In this document: one piece after another, positions 1 to 10,200 of the stretch
How the letters are laid out: the number at the start of each line of letters is the position of its first letter
Position numbering within the stretch: position 1 is the first letter of the stretch
NCBI GenBank assembly: GCA_001781035.1
Contig: MFKK01000037.1
Location: 1-57,984, forward strand
Length of the DNA: 57,984 nt
Source: Candidatus Jorgensenbacteria bacterium RIFCSPLOWO2_01_FULL_45_25b
GTDB lineage: Bacteria > Patescibacteriota > Minisyncoccia > UBA6257 > GWB1-50-10
Reading direction: 5' to 3'
Translations under genes and position numbers: made by a program
Notes under the pieces: model-generated
Databases searched by the model: none
What the model saw: the letters and a program-made list of their open reading frames with translations, nothing else
What the model was told of the DNA's origin: nothing

Positions 1-579
1 GGGCGGGACCCGAAGCATTCGGCGATCGCGGTTACGGAGGGGCTCTTGGAGATTTTAGACCGGAGCGAGCTTGAGGGCGTGCTCGCGCATGAGCTTTCGC
101 ACATCGGGAACCGCGATATGCTTGTTTCTACCGCGGCCGTGGTTCTTGTTGGGTTTATTTCCATCCTCTCGGATTTTTTTATGCGTTCCATGTGGTTTCG
201 GGGACGAGGCAGAGAAAGAGATGGCGGGGCAGGGAATATTATGCTTCTTATCGCGATTGCCTTTTCCATTCTTGCTCCGATTTCCGCGATGCTTATTCAG
301 CTTGCGATTTCAAGAAAGCGCGAGTTTTTGGCGGATGCCTCCGGCGCGCTTCTTACGCGTTATCCCGAGGGGCTCGCCTTGGCGCTTCTTAAAATTTCCA
401 AAAGCTCTCTTCCAATGCGATTTTCGGGAAATACCACGGCGCATCTTTGGATTGATGACCCGTTTGACGACCCAAGAGGGGAGAAGTACGCGAGGAAGCC
501 GTGGTTTCATAAAATGTTTATGACTCATCCGCCGGTTCATGAGCGGGTCTCGGCGCTTCGCGGACTTGAGATAGAATAA
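1..579 (+). CDS. htpX: Zinc metalloprotease HtpX (M48 family), 5'-truncated by window edge
   Basis: HELSH zinc motif, SRKREFLAD, C-terminal THPP; frame is open to base 1 (GRDPKHSAIAVTEGL). Confidence 0.92.
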   Translation, partial: GRDPKHSAIAVTEGLLEILDRSELEGVLAHELSHIGNRDMLVSTAAVVLVGFISILSDFFMRSMWFRGRGRERDGGAGNIMLLIAIAFSILAPISAMLIQLAISRKREFLADASGALLTRYPEGLALALLKISKSSLPMRFSGNTTAHLWIDDPFDDPRGEKYARKPWFHKMFMTHPPVHERVSALRGLEIE

Positions 580-648
580 TTCTTAATTATCAATAACTGA
601 ATTTGCTTGTTGCAAAGCGTTTTTTCAGGTGATACACTTTTAACTATT

Positions 649-1344
649 ATGAATCATAGGTTTGGGAAGGTAGTTGTTATCGCCTTAGGCGGTTCGGTTA
701 TTTTTCCCAATAACATTGATTCCGATTTCTTACGACGCTTTCGCCTGTTTATTAGAGACCAGGTTTCTCGGTATCAGAGAAAGTTTTTGATTGTCGCGGG
801 AGGCGGGAAAATTTGTCGCGCGTATCAGCAGGCTGCCTCCGAGGTGATACAGCTTCCTTCGGAAGATCAGGATTGGCTTGGTATCCATACGACGCGATGC
901 AACGCCCAGCTTTTGCGTTCCGTGTTTCGGGATATCGCGAATCCGGTTGTGATTGACGAGCGATACAAGGTTCGCACGCTTCGGTATCCGGTTACAATCG
1001 CTTCGGGATGGAGGCCGGGAAATTCAACCGATTATATCGCCTTCGCGCTCGCGGAGGATTTTGGCGTTGATGAGGTTGTGGTCGCGGGGAAGCCGAAGTA
1101 TGTGTATACGAAAGACCCACGGAAGTATAAGAGCGCGAAGCCCCTTACGTTGATTTCGTGGAAAGAGTATCGGAAGCTGATTCCCCGCAAGTGGGTGCCT
1201 GGAGCTCACGCGCCCGTTGATTCCGTTGCCGCGCGTTTGGGGCAGGAGGAGGGAATTTCCGCTTTTGTGATTGGCGGAACGGATTTGAAAAATTTTCAGG
1301 ACATGTTGAATGGCAAGGAGTTTCGGGGAACGATGATAGGGTAG
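649..1344 (+). CDS. pyrH: UMP kinase (archaeal-like type)
   Basis: VIALGGSV, IVAGGG, GWRPGNSTD, VYTKDP amino-acid-kinase motifs. Confidence 0.88.
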   Translation: MNHRFGKVVVIALGGSVIFPNNIDSDFLRRFRLFIRDQVSRYQRKFLIVAGGGKICRAYQQAASEVIQLPSEDQDWLGIHTTRCNAQLLRSVFRDIANPVVIDERYKVRTLRYPVTIASGWRPGNSTDYIAFALAEDFGVDEVVVAGKPKYVYTKDPRKYKSAKPLTLISWKEYRKLIPRKWVPGAHAPVDSVAARLGQEEGISAFVIGGTDLKNFQDMLNGKEFRGTMIG

Positions 1345-1556
1345 TTTACAATTATCAATTTATAATGGATTTAACAAGCTTACCACAGGATGGATTCGGC
1401 AATCTCACCACAGGTTTTCATTGAATTTTCAATGATTCAATTTTCAAACTTTTGAAATTTTGTTTTTATTGTTCCACTGCGCCCCCACGCCTATGTATAG
1501 GTAAGGGGGCATATTAGTATAGTGATAGATGGTGATATGTTTTGTTTTAATGGTCG

Positions 1557-1594
1557 CGCTGCACTTTTACCACGATCGTGGTATAATTGCAACG
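1557..1594. repeat. 38-bp palindrome family A, copy 1 (CGYTGCA-N6-CCACGATCGTGG-N6-TGCARCG); contains an extended -10 TGGTATAAT
   Basis: Same architecture at 2147, 42560 and 54801. Confidence 0.9.
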
Positions 1595-2106
1595 TGAGTT
1601 CTGTTGATGATGTTTTAACAATTCTTTTTAGTTATTCTGCTGGTTACAAACGATTGAGACAACTGGCGCGTGGCGGGTCTACTTTTCCTCAAATCGGACG
1701 TTTTTCTTCTTTGGATGAAAAAAAATCCGATTCTTCTCTTCGTTCCACGCTTTGCCGTTTGCGAAAAAATGGGCTTGCAAAAAAACAGGGGGGTGTTTGG
1801 TTTATCACTCCCAAAGGAGCAGATGTGCATAAGAAGCGTCAGGTAGTACGGAAGCGCGCGGAGTTTATGAAATTAAACCGAAAAAAGAAGAAGACGATGA
1901 TTGTCGCGTTTGATGTTCCAGAACACAAGAGAGGTCTTCGCGACTGGTTGCGCGAAGAACTTTTATTTTTAGGATTTGAGCCGATTCAGAAAAGTGTTTG
2001 GTTTGGTCCAGGTCCTTTGTTGGAGAAGTTTGTGCGCGAACTTGATGCGAGAGAGTTGCTTCCTTGTATAAAATTTTTTAGGGCGATGGAGGATGAACTT
2101 GTTTAG
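1594..2106 (+). CDS. PaaX-like protein: winged HTH plus Cas2-like/PaaX central domain
   Basis: LRSTLCRLRKNGL..WFITPKG (wHTH); IVAFDVPE..LGFEPIQKSVW (Cas2-like fold). GTG start chosen 6 nt after TGGTATAAT. Confidence 0.75.
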   Translation: MSSVDDVLTILFSYSAGYKRLRQLARGGSTFPQIGRFSSLDEKKSDSSLRSTLCRLRKNGLAKKQGGVWFITPKGADVHKKRQVVRKRAEFMKLNRKKKKTMIVAFDVPEHKRGLRDWLREELLFLGFEPIQKSVWFGPGPLLEKFVRELDARELLPCIKFFRAMEDELV

Positions 2107-2146
2107 TTAGAAGAATTTTTTGGAAGTTTGTGGTCTGGGTGATTTG

Positions 2147-2184
2147 CGCTGCATTTCTTCCACGATCGTGGAAGAAATGCAGCG
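2147..2184. repeat. 38-bp palindrome family A, copy 2 (perfect)
   Basis: CGCTGCATTTCTTCCACGATCGTGGAAGAAATGCAGCG is its own reverse complement. Confidence 0.95.
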
Positions 2185-2410
2185 TTTTTTGTTTTTTTAA
2201 TAACATCGTGAACTCTCCGCCTTTACAAGTGGAGAGGTTCATTTGTCCGATAGTTTCTTTTTTTGATTTTAGGAGTGAATTTGGGTAGAGTGTATGTATA
2301 TTTCGTTGGTTGCCTTTACCCCCCTTGGGTTATGGCGTACCAAGGGTAGTCTTCGCCGAGGCTACGGTTATCAATGTCCGTCGTTGCTTTATGTAGGCTT
2401 TGGCGAGACA

Positions 2411-2495
2411 GGAAGGGTGCCGGAGCGGTCTAACGGAACGGCTTGGAAAGCCGTGGCTCGAAAGGGCCTCGTGGGTTCGAATCCCACCCCTTCCG
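2411..2495 (+). tRNA. tRNA-Ser(GGA), no encoded CCA; forms the left att junction of the island
   Basis: GGAAGGG/CCCTTCC acceptor stem, ACGGC-TTGGAAA-GCCGT anticodon arm, long variable arm, GGTTCGAATCC T-loop. Confidence 0.96.
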
Positions 2496-4130
2496 CAGAT
2501 TGGACACAAGTCGCTCATCAAGAGCGGCTTTGTTCTTATTTGATGCGCTAAAAACGAATTGAGGATAGGTTCTAATCTGGGCAATTTCGCTTTCAACCTT
2601 CGGCAGCTTTTCAAAGATGGTTTTGAACACGGGACGCAGTGTTATAGCGACTTTCTGGTCTTGTATGACGAGGTGCGAACCTAAACAGGCAAAGATGGCT
2701 CGCTTGGTCTCCATATCGCCGCGGGCGAACCACGTGCGAGCGTATCGCGCGAAGTTGAACGTGCGCTCGCTCAATTCGAGCCATTCCTCGATTTCCCTGT
2801 TCTGCGTGCTGATGCTGCCCTCCAGCGCCGCTTTCTGCTTCAACAGGCGCGTGCGGAGGTCTTGATACTGCTGGTCGGAGATGAGTTGCCCTTCCATATT
2901 CTCTGGCGAAGAATACTTGAGCAGAAGATTATCGAGCTGCTGCGTAATGCGGAGATGCTCGCGCTCGCTGTTTTTCAAAACGGCTTCGTGCGTTTGCGCC
3001 TGTGTCTGACGGATTTCGTGCAAGTATCGGATAGCCCATTCCTTGAACTTCTCGGAGATGGTAAGTTTGTTGATTTCAGCATCAATCTGTGCGCTCAACT
3101 CCTTTAACTCAACCGCCTTCTCCTGGCAGTTCTCATCTTTCTGCTTCGTGCAGCGATAGTAAATGTAGTGGTGGATGTTGCCGTTCTTCTGGTGCTTCAC
3201 CTTCTCCTCGGCGGTAATCATCGCGCCGCAGTTGCCGCACTTCATAATCCCCGTGAAAGCAAAGCGGTGTTTTTGCGGTCGCGGTCTGCCGTTGCGTCCG
3301 AGCAGCTTTTGCACGATGTCATATTCTTTCTCCGTAATCATTGGCTCGTGCTTTCCCTGGTACCAGTTGCCGCTGCCCGCGGGGTATTCAAACATCCCGT
3401 AATAGAACGGGTTGGTAAAGATTCGATATATTGAACTGCGGCACAAAGATTTGCCGATGAAGCGTTTTGTTTTTCGGGTTTTGAACTTCCATTCCTCCCT
3501 TGCGATTCTGACAATTTTAGGCGGCGTGTAGTTGCCTGTAAGCATCAAGTCCCACATACGGCGCACCGAACCGAAACGCTCCTCATCTTTTACGATATAG
3601 TTTCTGCCCTTCTCCTCGTCTTGTTTTGTATTCAAATACCCAAGCGGCGCGCGTGAAGGATACCAGCCCATCTTGAGCTTGGTTTTCAACCCGCGCTTCA
3701 CGTTCTTGCTCAAATCAAGCACGTACTGGTTCGCCACGCCGAACTCAACAGATGTAATGAGTACGTTGTCGTCTGGGTAGTAATCTTTGTCGCTCGTCTT
3801 GATGTGCCTCAACACTTCCTTTTGAAGCAGCCACTTTATCGTTCCTTCGTCCACGGGATTGCGGGCAAGGCGGTCGAGCTTCCAACAAAGAATACCCTGC
3901 GCTTCTCCCTTCTGGATGCGGGCAATCATATCATTAAAAATCTCCCTGCCTGGAGCTTTTGCGGATTTTGATTCTATGAATGGTTGCTTAATTACTTTCA
4001 AACCAGAACGCTCCGCAATTTCCTTGAGTGTCTCAAGTTGCGACTCAATACTCAAAACTTGCCTGTCGTCATCCTCGGTGGACTTGCGGCAATAGACAAA
4101 GTATTTGATTTTTGGATTATCGTTTATCAT
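2430..4130 (-). CDS. Large serine recombinase/integrase (resolvase + recombinase + zinc-ribbon domains)
   Basis: YCRKST catalytic Ser, KLDRLARN, NPFYYG, CGNCG...YYRC zinc ribbon, coiled coil. Confidence 0.95.
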   Translation of the reverse strand: MINDNPKIKYFVYCRKSTEDDDRQVLSIESQLETLKEIAERSGLKVIKQPFIESKSAKAPGREIFNDMIARIQKGEAQGILCWKLDRLARNPVDEGTIKWLLQKEVLRHIKTSDKDYYPDDNVLITSVEFGVANQYVLDLSKNVKRGLKTKLKMGWYPSRAPLGYLNTKQDEEKGRNYIVKDEERFGSVRRMWDLMLTGNYTPPKIVRIAREEWKFKTRKTKRFIGKSLCRSSIYRIFTNPFYYGMFEYPAGSGNWYQGKHEPMITEKEYDIVQKLLGRNGRPRPQKHRFAFTGIMKCGNCGAMITAEEKVKHQKNGNIHHYIYYRCTKQKDENCQEKAVELKELSAQIDAEINKLTISEKFKEWAIRYLHEIRQTQAQTHEAVLKNSEREHLRITQQLDNLLLKYSSPENMEGQLISDQQYQDLRTRLLKQKAALEGSISTQNREIEEWLELSERTFNFARYARTWFARGDMETKRAIFACLGSHLVIQDQKVAITLRPVFKTIFEKLPKVESEIAQIRTYPQFVFSASNKNKAALDERLVSNLRKGWDSNPRGPFEPRLSKPFR

Positions 4131-4716
4131 TGTTTTTATGATTACCAGGATTCTTTCTGCGAAAGATTACGTGTATCTCGTTCTCGTCTCCTGGCTTTGT
4201 CTGTTTATCCTGCGACGGTTCTGGTTGAGAGGGCGCTTTCGGTTTGAATACCACCTGGAGGCTGCCGTCCTTCGGTCTCTCGAAATATCCCTCCTCCTGC
4301 TTCGCCTCTTCTAACAGCTTCTCCAGCTCCTGCTCCTCTTGTTGATTTTGAGATAAGGTTAACTCCTCTTCTTCGAGCGCTTCCTTTTTATTGTTTAGTA
4401 TTTTTTCTTTTTCCTCTGGCGTAAAGATGCTGCTGCTGCCATAGAAAGGGTCATTGCTTCGCGGGTCTGTCTCCAGTTCCCGTTTTCTCTTTGCGTATTT
4501 TTTCCATTCTTCGCTATCTTCCTTTGGCGAGCGTAACGCCGCAATCTCTTCTTCCTGCTCGCCTAATCTGTGGAATAAAATTGCAAATGCCAACCCTCCG
4601 AAAAACAATATCCCCCCAAGCGACTCGGACAATTCAAAACTCATCAAGCCAAGCACTATTGGTGAAATACAAATTGCGGCGGAGATTTTTGAAAGCGTTT
4701 TGTAGGTCATAATCAT
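4117..4716 (-). CDS. Hypothetical membrane protein (2 N-terminal TM helices, charged coiled C-terminus)
   Basis: Hydrophobic N-terminus from MIMTYK; overlaps the integrase start; true start uncertain. Confidence 0.55.
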   Translation of the reverse strand: MIMTYKTLSKISAAICISPIVLGLMSFELSESLGGILFFGGLAFAILFHRLGEQEEEIAALRSPKEDSEEWKKYAKRKRELETDPRSNDPFYGSSSIFTPEEKEKILNNKKEALEEEELTLSQNQQEEQELEKLLEEAKQEEGYFERPKDGSLQVVFKPKAPSQPEPSQDKQTKPGDENEIHVIFRRKNPGNHKNNDKR

Positions 4717-4970
4717 AGTTGCTCGCGGCAATCCCCACAAATCAAAAAGGGACAGCCAGAGCCTGCGACCCACAAGATTGAATGCACGAAGGCACCAATT
4801 GTGGAGGATAGCTGCCCCTTTCAGCCCGCAATTGGAGCCGTAAAAGGCAATTACCCACGTGCTGATATTCAAACTTGTAGGTCGCAAGTTCATTATACCA
4901 ACCCTGTCAAAAGCTGCAAGGGGGTAATCCATACCTGTGAATTGCAGCAATAATGTGAGAGTGTTCATAG

Positions 4971-5744
4971 TTACCACGTCATTGGTTTCTTCTCTTTGAT
5001 TCTCCCTTCCCGCGCCCATTGTTTTAGCAGTCCTCGTAACGCACTGAATGATGGGCTTGCGTCTCCATTGCGTTGTAGTTCCGAATAAGCTGCGAGCGCA
5101 TCTGATTCCTCGTAATAGCCTCGCAACATAATCAGCGTGCCTTTTGAGATTTCCCCCTTAATAGGTTCCGTATTCTTTGCCGTTTTTATATTTTCCGCCC
5201 TGATTTCTTTATCTGATTCCATTAGATGATTTCGTGTCTCATCCGTGCCACTGTTATAAGGTGGATTTTGAGACTGTTGACCCTGTTTTAGTGATACTGT
5301 TTTCGGCTTCCTTATCCCCTGTATAACAGTCTCAAAAGGAAGACTGTTAAGACTTGTCCAATGAGATGTCTCAAGCAGGGCATAGACGTTCGGCACGCGC
5401 CCCTTTGAGCGGCGGATGATTGCAATAATGCTGTACGCTTCCAGTATCCTGAATGCTCTAAATACAGTGCTCCTATTCGTTATTCCGCCCAGCTTCATAA
5501 CCGTTGCCGCGGCAGGAAAGCATATCTGCTTTTCGTGGTGCGCGTACTTTGCGAGAATGCAATACACTGTGGTTGTGCTGTCTGGGAATGCTGCGGCGTA
5601 CCCTTTCTCAAAGTATTCGTTATCCAAGTAAAGGCGCGTCTGTTTGACAGGCGGTCTTACGGGCAAGCCATCGAACGAATCCAGCTTTGGCTGCCATTTC
5701 TTTTTATTCAGAATGTTGCCTATGTTTTCCATTGTCATCGTCAT
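4971..5744 (-). CDS. HTH protein, putative replication initiator of the element
   Basis: VYCILAKYA..CFPAAATVMKLGG..RSTVFRAFRILE..NVYALL resembles phage/plasmid replisome-organiser HTH domains. Confidence 0.6.
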   Translation of the reverse strand: MTMTMENIGNILNKKKWQPKLDSFDGLPVRPPVKQTRLYLDNEYFEKGYAAAFPDSTTTVYCILAKYAHHEKQICFPAAATVMKLGGITNRSTVFRAFRILEAYSIIAIIRRSKGRVPNVYALLETSHWTSLNSLPFETVIQGIRKPKTVSLKQGQQSQNPPYNSGTDETRNHLMESDKEIRAENIKTAKNTEPIKGEISKGTLIMLRGYYEESDALAAYSELQRNGDASPSFSALRGLLKQWAREGRIKEKKPMTW

Positions 5745-5895
5745 TAAGCCACGATTTCTTAATCGGCTTATAGATTGCATCAAAGAGCGTCAAAAGCTGT
5801 GTTGCTTCTTCCATTGCCTGCTCATCGGAGATTTCGGTACCCTTCTCCTCTTTCCAAATTGCTTTGAACTCTTGTAATGCTTTATCGGAAGTCAT
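5704..5895 (-). CDS. Small hypothetical protein of the element
   Basis: 63-aa amphipathic helical ORF; 4-bp ATGA-type coupling with the upstream gene. Confidence 0.65.
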   Translation of the reverse strand: MTSDKALQEFKAIWKEEKGTEISDEQAMEEATQLLTLFDAIYKPIKKSWLNDDDNGKHRQHSE

Positions 5896-6155
5896 CGCTC
5901 GTATATCCGCGCCTTTAATGTTTTGAGTTGGTTGAAGAACGCTTGCGGCTCAACCCGTAAATCTCCTCGCCAGTACGCATTCACTCCTTCTTGCAGTCCA
6001 GCGGAGTTTTGAAAGATGAAGACCGACCGTGTGGGGCTTACTCGCTCCATTTCTTCAACGACAAAGCCAGAAACGCAAAGAGCCGCAGTCAACGAAAGGT
6101 CTGCGGTTCGAAAATCTTTGTTGTTCTGGTTCATCGTCATAGTTTGGGTAGCCAA
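5892..6155 (-). CDS. DUF5659-like small protein
   Basis: TADLSLTAAL...F.F...YW.G.L.VEP..FF..LK.LK..IY pattern, recognised by eye. Confidence 0.65.
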   Translation of the reverse strand: MATQTMTMNQNNKDFRTADLSLTAALCVSGFVVEEMERVSPTRSVFIFQNSAGLQEGVNAYWRGDLRVEPQAFFNQLKTLKARIYER

Positions 6156-6216
6156 AATAAAAACAAGCTACGTTTTCAGCGTAGCTGTTACAAAAAGAGC
6201 TGTCGTTTCTATCCTG

Positions 6217-6933
6217 TTAGTTCAGTGTCTTTCTTGCTCCTGCATTCCGTTTCTTGTCCTTGCTTTCTGTTTTTGGCAAGGCATTGAGTTGCTGACGCAG
6301 TTTTACTTCATCCACTTGAAGCTCTTTCAAATCGGCATCAGTAAGACTATTTCTGAACTCGACCGCTTTAATTGATGCGTTTGGGAAGAATGCTCTTTTG
6401 AGTTCTCCCTTAAAGCCCAAGTCGGCGATAATCTGCGCAAACTTTTTGGCTATATCCAATTTCGCAGCCCGCAATGCCTCCCTGGTTATTGTTGTATTCG
6501 GGTGTTCAATTGCAAACAAGATGAAGTCGTGATTTTCAGAAGCAAAGTTTGGCTTGCCGACAATGTACTTATCATTCACGATAACCTCTCGCGTTTTGGT
6601 AAGACACACAAGGTATTTCGGCTTCGCAGACTCCAAAAACCTTTCCAGCCTTTGCCTATCAATCGAGTAAGTCCAAACTGCCCGCGGGTGCGTCCGTGTA
6701 GCGTAAAGCAATCGTGAACGCGTAGATTGCGGCTTTTCCTCTTCGTACTGGAGTTTCTTGCGCTGAATCACTCCGCTTTTGCCCAACTCTGTAACAGCCC
6801 AAAGCAAGCCCTGTTCTGATAGGTCTGGTTTGAGTAAAGAGTCCCAATAGAACTCCACATCACCGTCCGCCGCATTCTTGTATTGGAGCGCATTTGTAAT
6901 AAGTTGAATAACCGCTCGAAGTTCTTTTGTCAT
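6217..6933 (-). CDS. Hypothetical protein, possible winged-helix regulator
   Basis: Long ORF; start placed at MTKE so it does not overlap the divergent HTH gene. Confidence 0.55.
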   Translation of the reverse strand: MTKELRAVIQLITNALQYKNAADGDVEFYWDSLLKPDLSEQGLLWAVTELGKSGVIQRKKLQYEEEKPQSTRSRLLYATRTHPRAVWTYSIDRQRLERFLESAKPKYLVCLTKTREVIVNDKYIVGKPNFASENHDFILFAIEHPNTTITREALRAAKLDIAKKFAQIIADLGFKGELKRAFFPNASIKAVEFRNSLTDADLKELQVDEVKLRQQLNALPKTESKDKKRNAGARKTLN

Positions 6934-7026
6934 ATCATTGTCATTTGAGTCGGCCACTGCCCTGTCAAAAGTTGCCCGATTCTTAATTGAAGTGTAGAAT
7001 AAAGTTATTAGTGAGTCAAAACTTTT

Positions 7027-7209
7027 ATGATAAAGACTTACACACTGCAAGACCTGGAAAAGATACTCGGCGTCAAGGAGCGGACGCTCTTTCGGTATAT
7101 TCAAAAGGGCTGGCTCAAAGGGTCAAAGCGCGGCAAATGGCGCTTTACCGACCAGGACATAAGGGACTTCCTCAAACACGGAAGAGATGACAGTCTAAAA
7201 GCGAAGTGA
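7027..7209 (+). CDS. Excisionase/MerR-like HTH protein
   Basis: YTLQDLEKILGVKERTLFRYIQKGWLKG..GKWRF. Confidence 0.8.
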   Translation: MIKTYTLQDLEKILGVKERTLFRYIQKGWLKGSKRGKWRFTDQDIRDFLKHGRDDSLKAK

Positions 7210-7230
7210 GTAGCCTCAAACAAAAGAACT

Positions 7231-10200
7231 ATGCCAAAACTTCACGGAGTATTTATCGGAATAGACCGCTATGCTTCACCAGCGATAAACTGGCTTTCTT
7301 GTGCGAGAAGAGACGCGACTGCGCTCCACGCTCTTTTCGCTGACAACCTGCCAGGCGATTTGAAGCTACTGACTGATAAAGACGCCACTCGTTCAACTCT
7401 TGAGAAAGAACTAAAAAGTCTTTCGCAATGCGCTCCCGATGACATCGTGGTTTTTGCTTTTTCTGGACACGGCACAGAGACTCACGAGCTGGTAACGTAT
7501 GATACTGATAGGGCAAAGCTCTCGGCAACAACTATTTCCCTGAACCAATTAGGAGAACATTTTTCCAAGATACCTGCGCGTCGGCTTATCTGTATTCTTG
7601 ACTGCTGTTTCTCTGGCGGGATGGGAGCGAAAGCATTGCAGGTGGACGTTGTGCCCCGTGATATACCTTCGGGCGAAGAGTTGTTGAAACAATTATCTGG
7701 AGACGGAAGAGTAATCTTGACTGCATCGCTTGCGACAGAAAAGGCGTGGGAACACCAGAAACTCGGACACGGATTACTTACCCACTACCTGTTAGAAGCA
7801 TTGCAGGGGGCGGAAGAAGTACGCAAGAGCGGCAAGGTTGGTCTCTACAAGCTACTTGATTATGTAACAACCAAAGTAATAGATTCAGCTAAAATCTTCG
7901 GAGAAGAACAACACCCAGTATTACTTGGACAAATCAAGGAAGAAATAACGCTTCCGATTTTCAAACCAGGAAAACTTTATAAGGAAGCATTCCCCGAAAG
8001 AGATACAAGAAAAGTTACCCCCGACGTTCAATCGCTGTCTGCGTTTGGCTTCCCCGACGACCTTCTCAAAGCCTGGGCAGGCTCCTCAATAACCACACTG
8101 AATCAATTACAGGTGGACGCCATCAATGAGTTTAAGGTGCTCGATGGAGAGCACCTTGTTGTCTCTGCGCCCACCTCCGCTGGTAAAACTCTCATCGGTG
8201 AATTGGCTGCTTTGCAGGGCGTCATAGAAAGAAAACGTGCGCTCTTTTTATTGCCACTAAAGGCACTGGTAAATGATAAGTTGAGACATTTTGAGGAAAC
8301 ATATGGAGCGTTTGGATTACGGACTATACGAGCAACTGGAGAGAGCACCAGCGATGACATTTTGCCCTTGATGCGCGGGCAATACGATATTTGTTTGATG
8401 ACATATGAAAAGTTTTCAGCAATGATACTCGGCAGTCCCCACATACTCGACCAGGTAAGCACGATAGTGGTTGACGAGGTACAGATGATTGCCGACAAGT
8501 CTCGTGGCGTCAATTTGGAGTTCATTCTCACTCTTCTACGAATGCGACGGAAGCAAGGCATTGAGCCACAAGTAATCGCGTTATCTGCTGTGATTGGGGA
8601 TACGAATGGTTTTGAGAGGTGGTTGGGCGCGAGATTGCTACGACGCACCGAGCGCCCCGTACCATTAGACGAAGGTATTGTCAGATTGGATGGTACTTTC
8701 CGCTATATCGAATCTGATACGGGTAAAGAAAAGACCGTGCAGTCAGCACAAACACAATTCAGGAAAGGTAGCGGACAAGATGTCATCATTCCGCTTGTAG
8801 GAAAATTGGTCAAAGACGGCAAAAGCGTCATCGTGTTCAGGGAAACCAAGTCAGAAGCACAAGCGTGCGCACTTTACTTGGCTCGAAATCTGGGCTTACC
8901 GCCTGCTCAAGTCGCAGTGGATAATCTTCCGAACACAGACCCGTCTATTTCTTCACAAAAGCTACGAGAAACATTGAATGGTGGCGTAGCATTTCACATT
9001 TCTGACTTGGATGCAGAAGAGAGAAGACTGATAGAAGAGCAGTTTCGCGCCTCATCCTCCGCACTAAAAGTTATTGCTGCAACGACAACGCTGGCGATGG
9101 GAGTGAACACACCCACAGAGGCAGTTATTATCGCGGGATTATCCCATCCTGGAGACGTGCCATATTCTGTTGCGGAATATAAGAACATTGCGGGAAGAGC
9201 TGGGCGACTCGGTTATACAACACGTGGTTCCTCATTCCTTGTCGCTCTCACTCCGAGTGAGGAACATACGCTTTGGACGAACTACATACAAGCGAATCCA
9301 GAAGATTTACATTCAAAGTTCTTTGCTGACAATACCGACCCTCGTTCGCTGGTAATAAGAGTGCTGGTAGCCGTTCGTTCAAGGCGAGGGCTTACCGCTG
9401 ATGAGATTGTGGAGTTTTTGGAAGAGAGCTTCGGTTCTTTCCAGGAAAAGATAAAGAATCCTGCTTGGGCCTGGGATAAAAACCAAATCACGGCAGCAAT
9501 TGAAGAACTGCGTACTCATCGGCTCATCGAACAAGATAAAGATGGTTTCTACCATCCAACTCCACTTGGAAGACTGGCTGGTGAATCTGGTTTGGAAGTA
9601 GAATCAGTATTGCGAGTCGTCAGTGCACTACAAGGAATCCAGCAGGCTGATATTAGCGACCCAGCACTTATCGCTCTGACCCAAGTTACTGTTGAACTTG
9701 ACCAGGTTTTATTCCCGCTCAACAAAAGAAGTACACAGAAGGAGCCTCAAACTTGGATGACAGAAGTTAGGAATCAAAGAATACCTGGGAACATCATCAA
9801 CGCATTCCATCGTTCTATCCAAGACCAAACTGATGCGACACGACGGGCTAAAAAGGCAGTGGCCTGTCTCTTGTGGATTACAGATAAACCACTGGTAGAA
9901 ATCGAAAATGTGTTGATGCAGTTTGACCGTGCAGACACTGCTGCTGGCGCCATAAGAAGCGTGAGTGCCAGAGTTTGTGATGTTTTATCCACAGTTGCCA
10001 GAATCGCTGAACTACTCAATCCAGGATTTGATTTGGCTGCTCGTGTCGAGCGATTGTTGGTGCGACTTGAAATCGGCATCCCAGCAGGGGTAGTAGAACT
10101 GGGCAGTATCTTCGGTAGGGTTTTCAATCGCGGTGATTATCTCTGTTTAATGAAAAACGGAATCACAACTAAAGAGGCATTTGAAGCCGCAAAAGAGGAT

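Noticed and set aside
1594..2184. CRISPR-Cas locus suggested by the Cas2-like domain and palindromic repeats
   Set aside because: No cas1 or effector genes, and no regularly spaced repeat-spacer array anywhere in the window.
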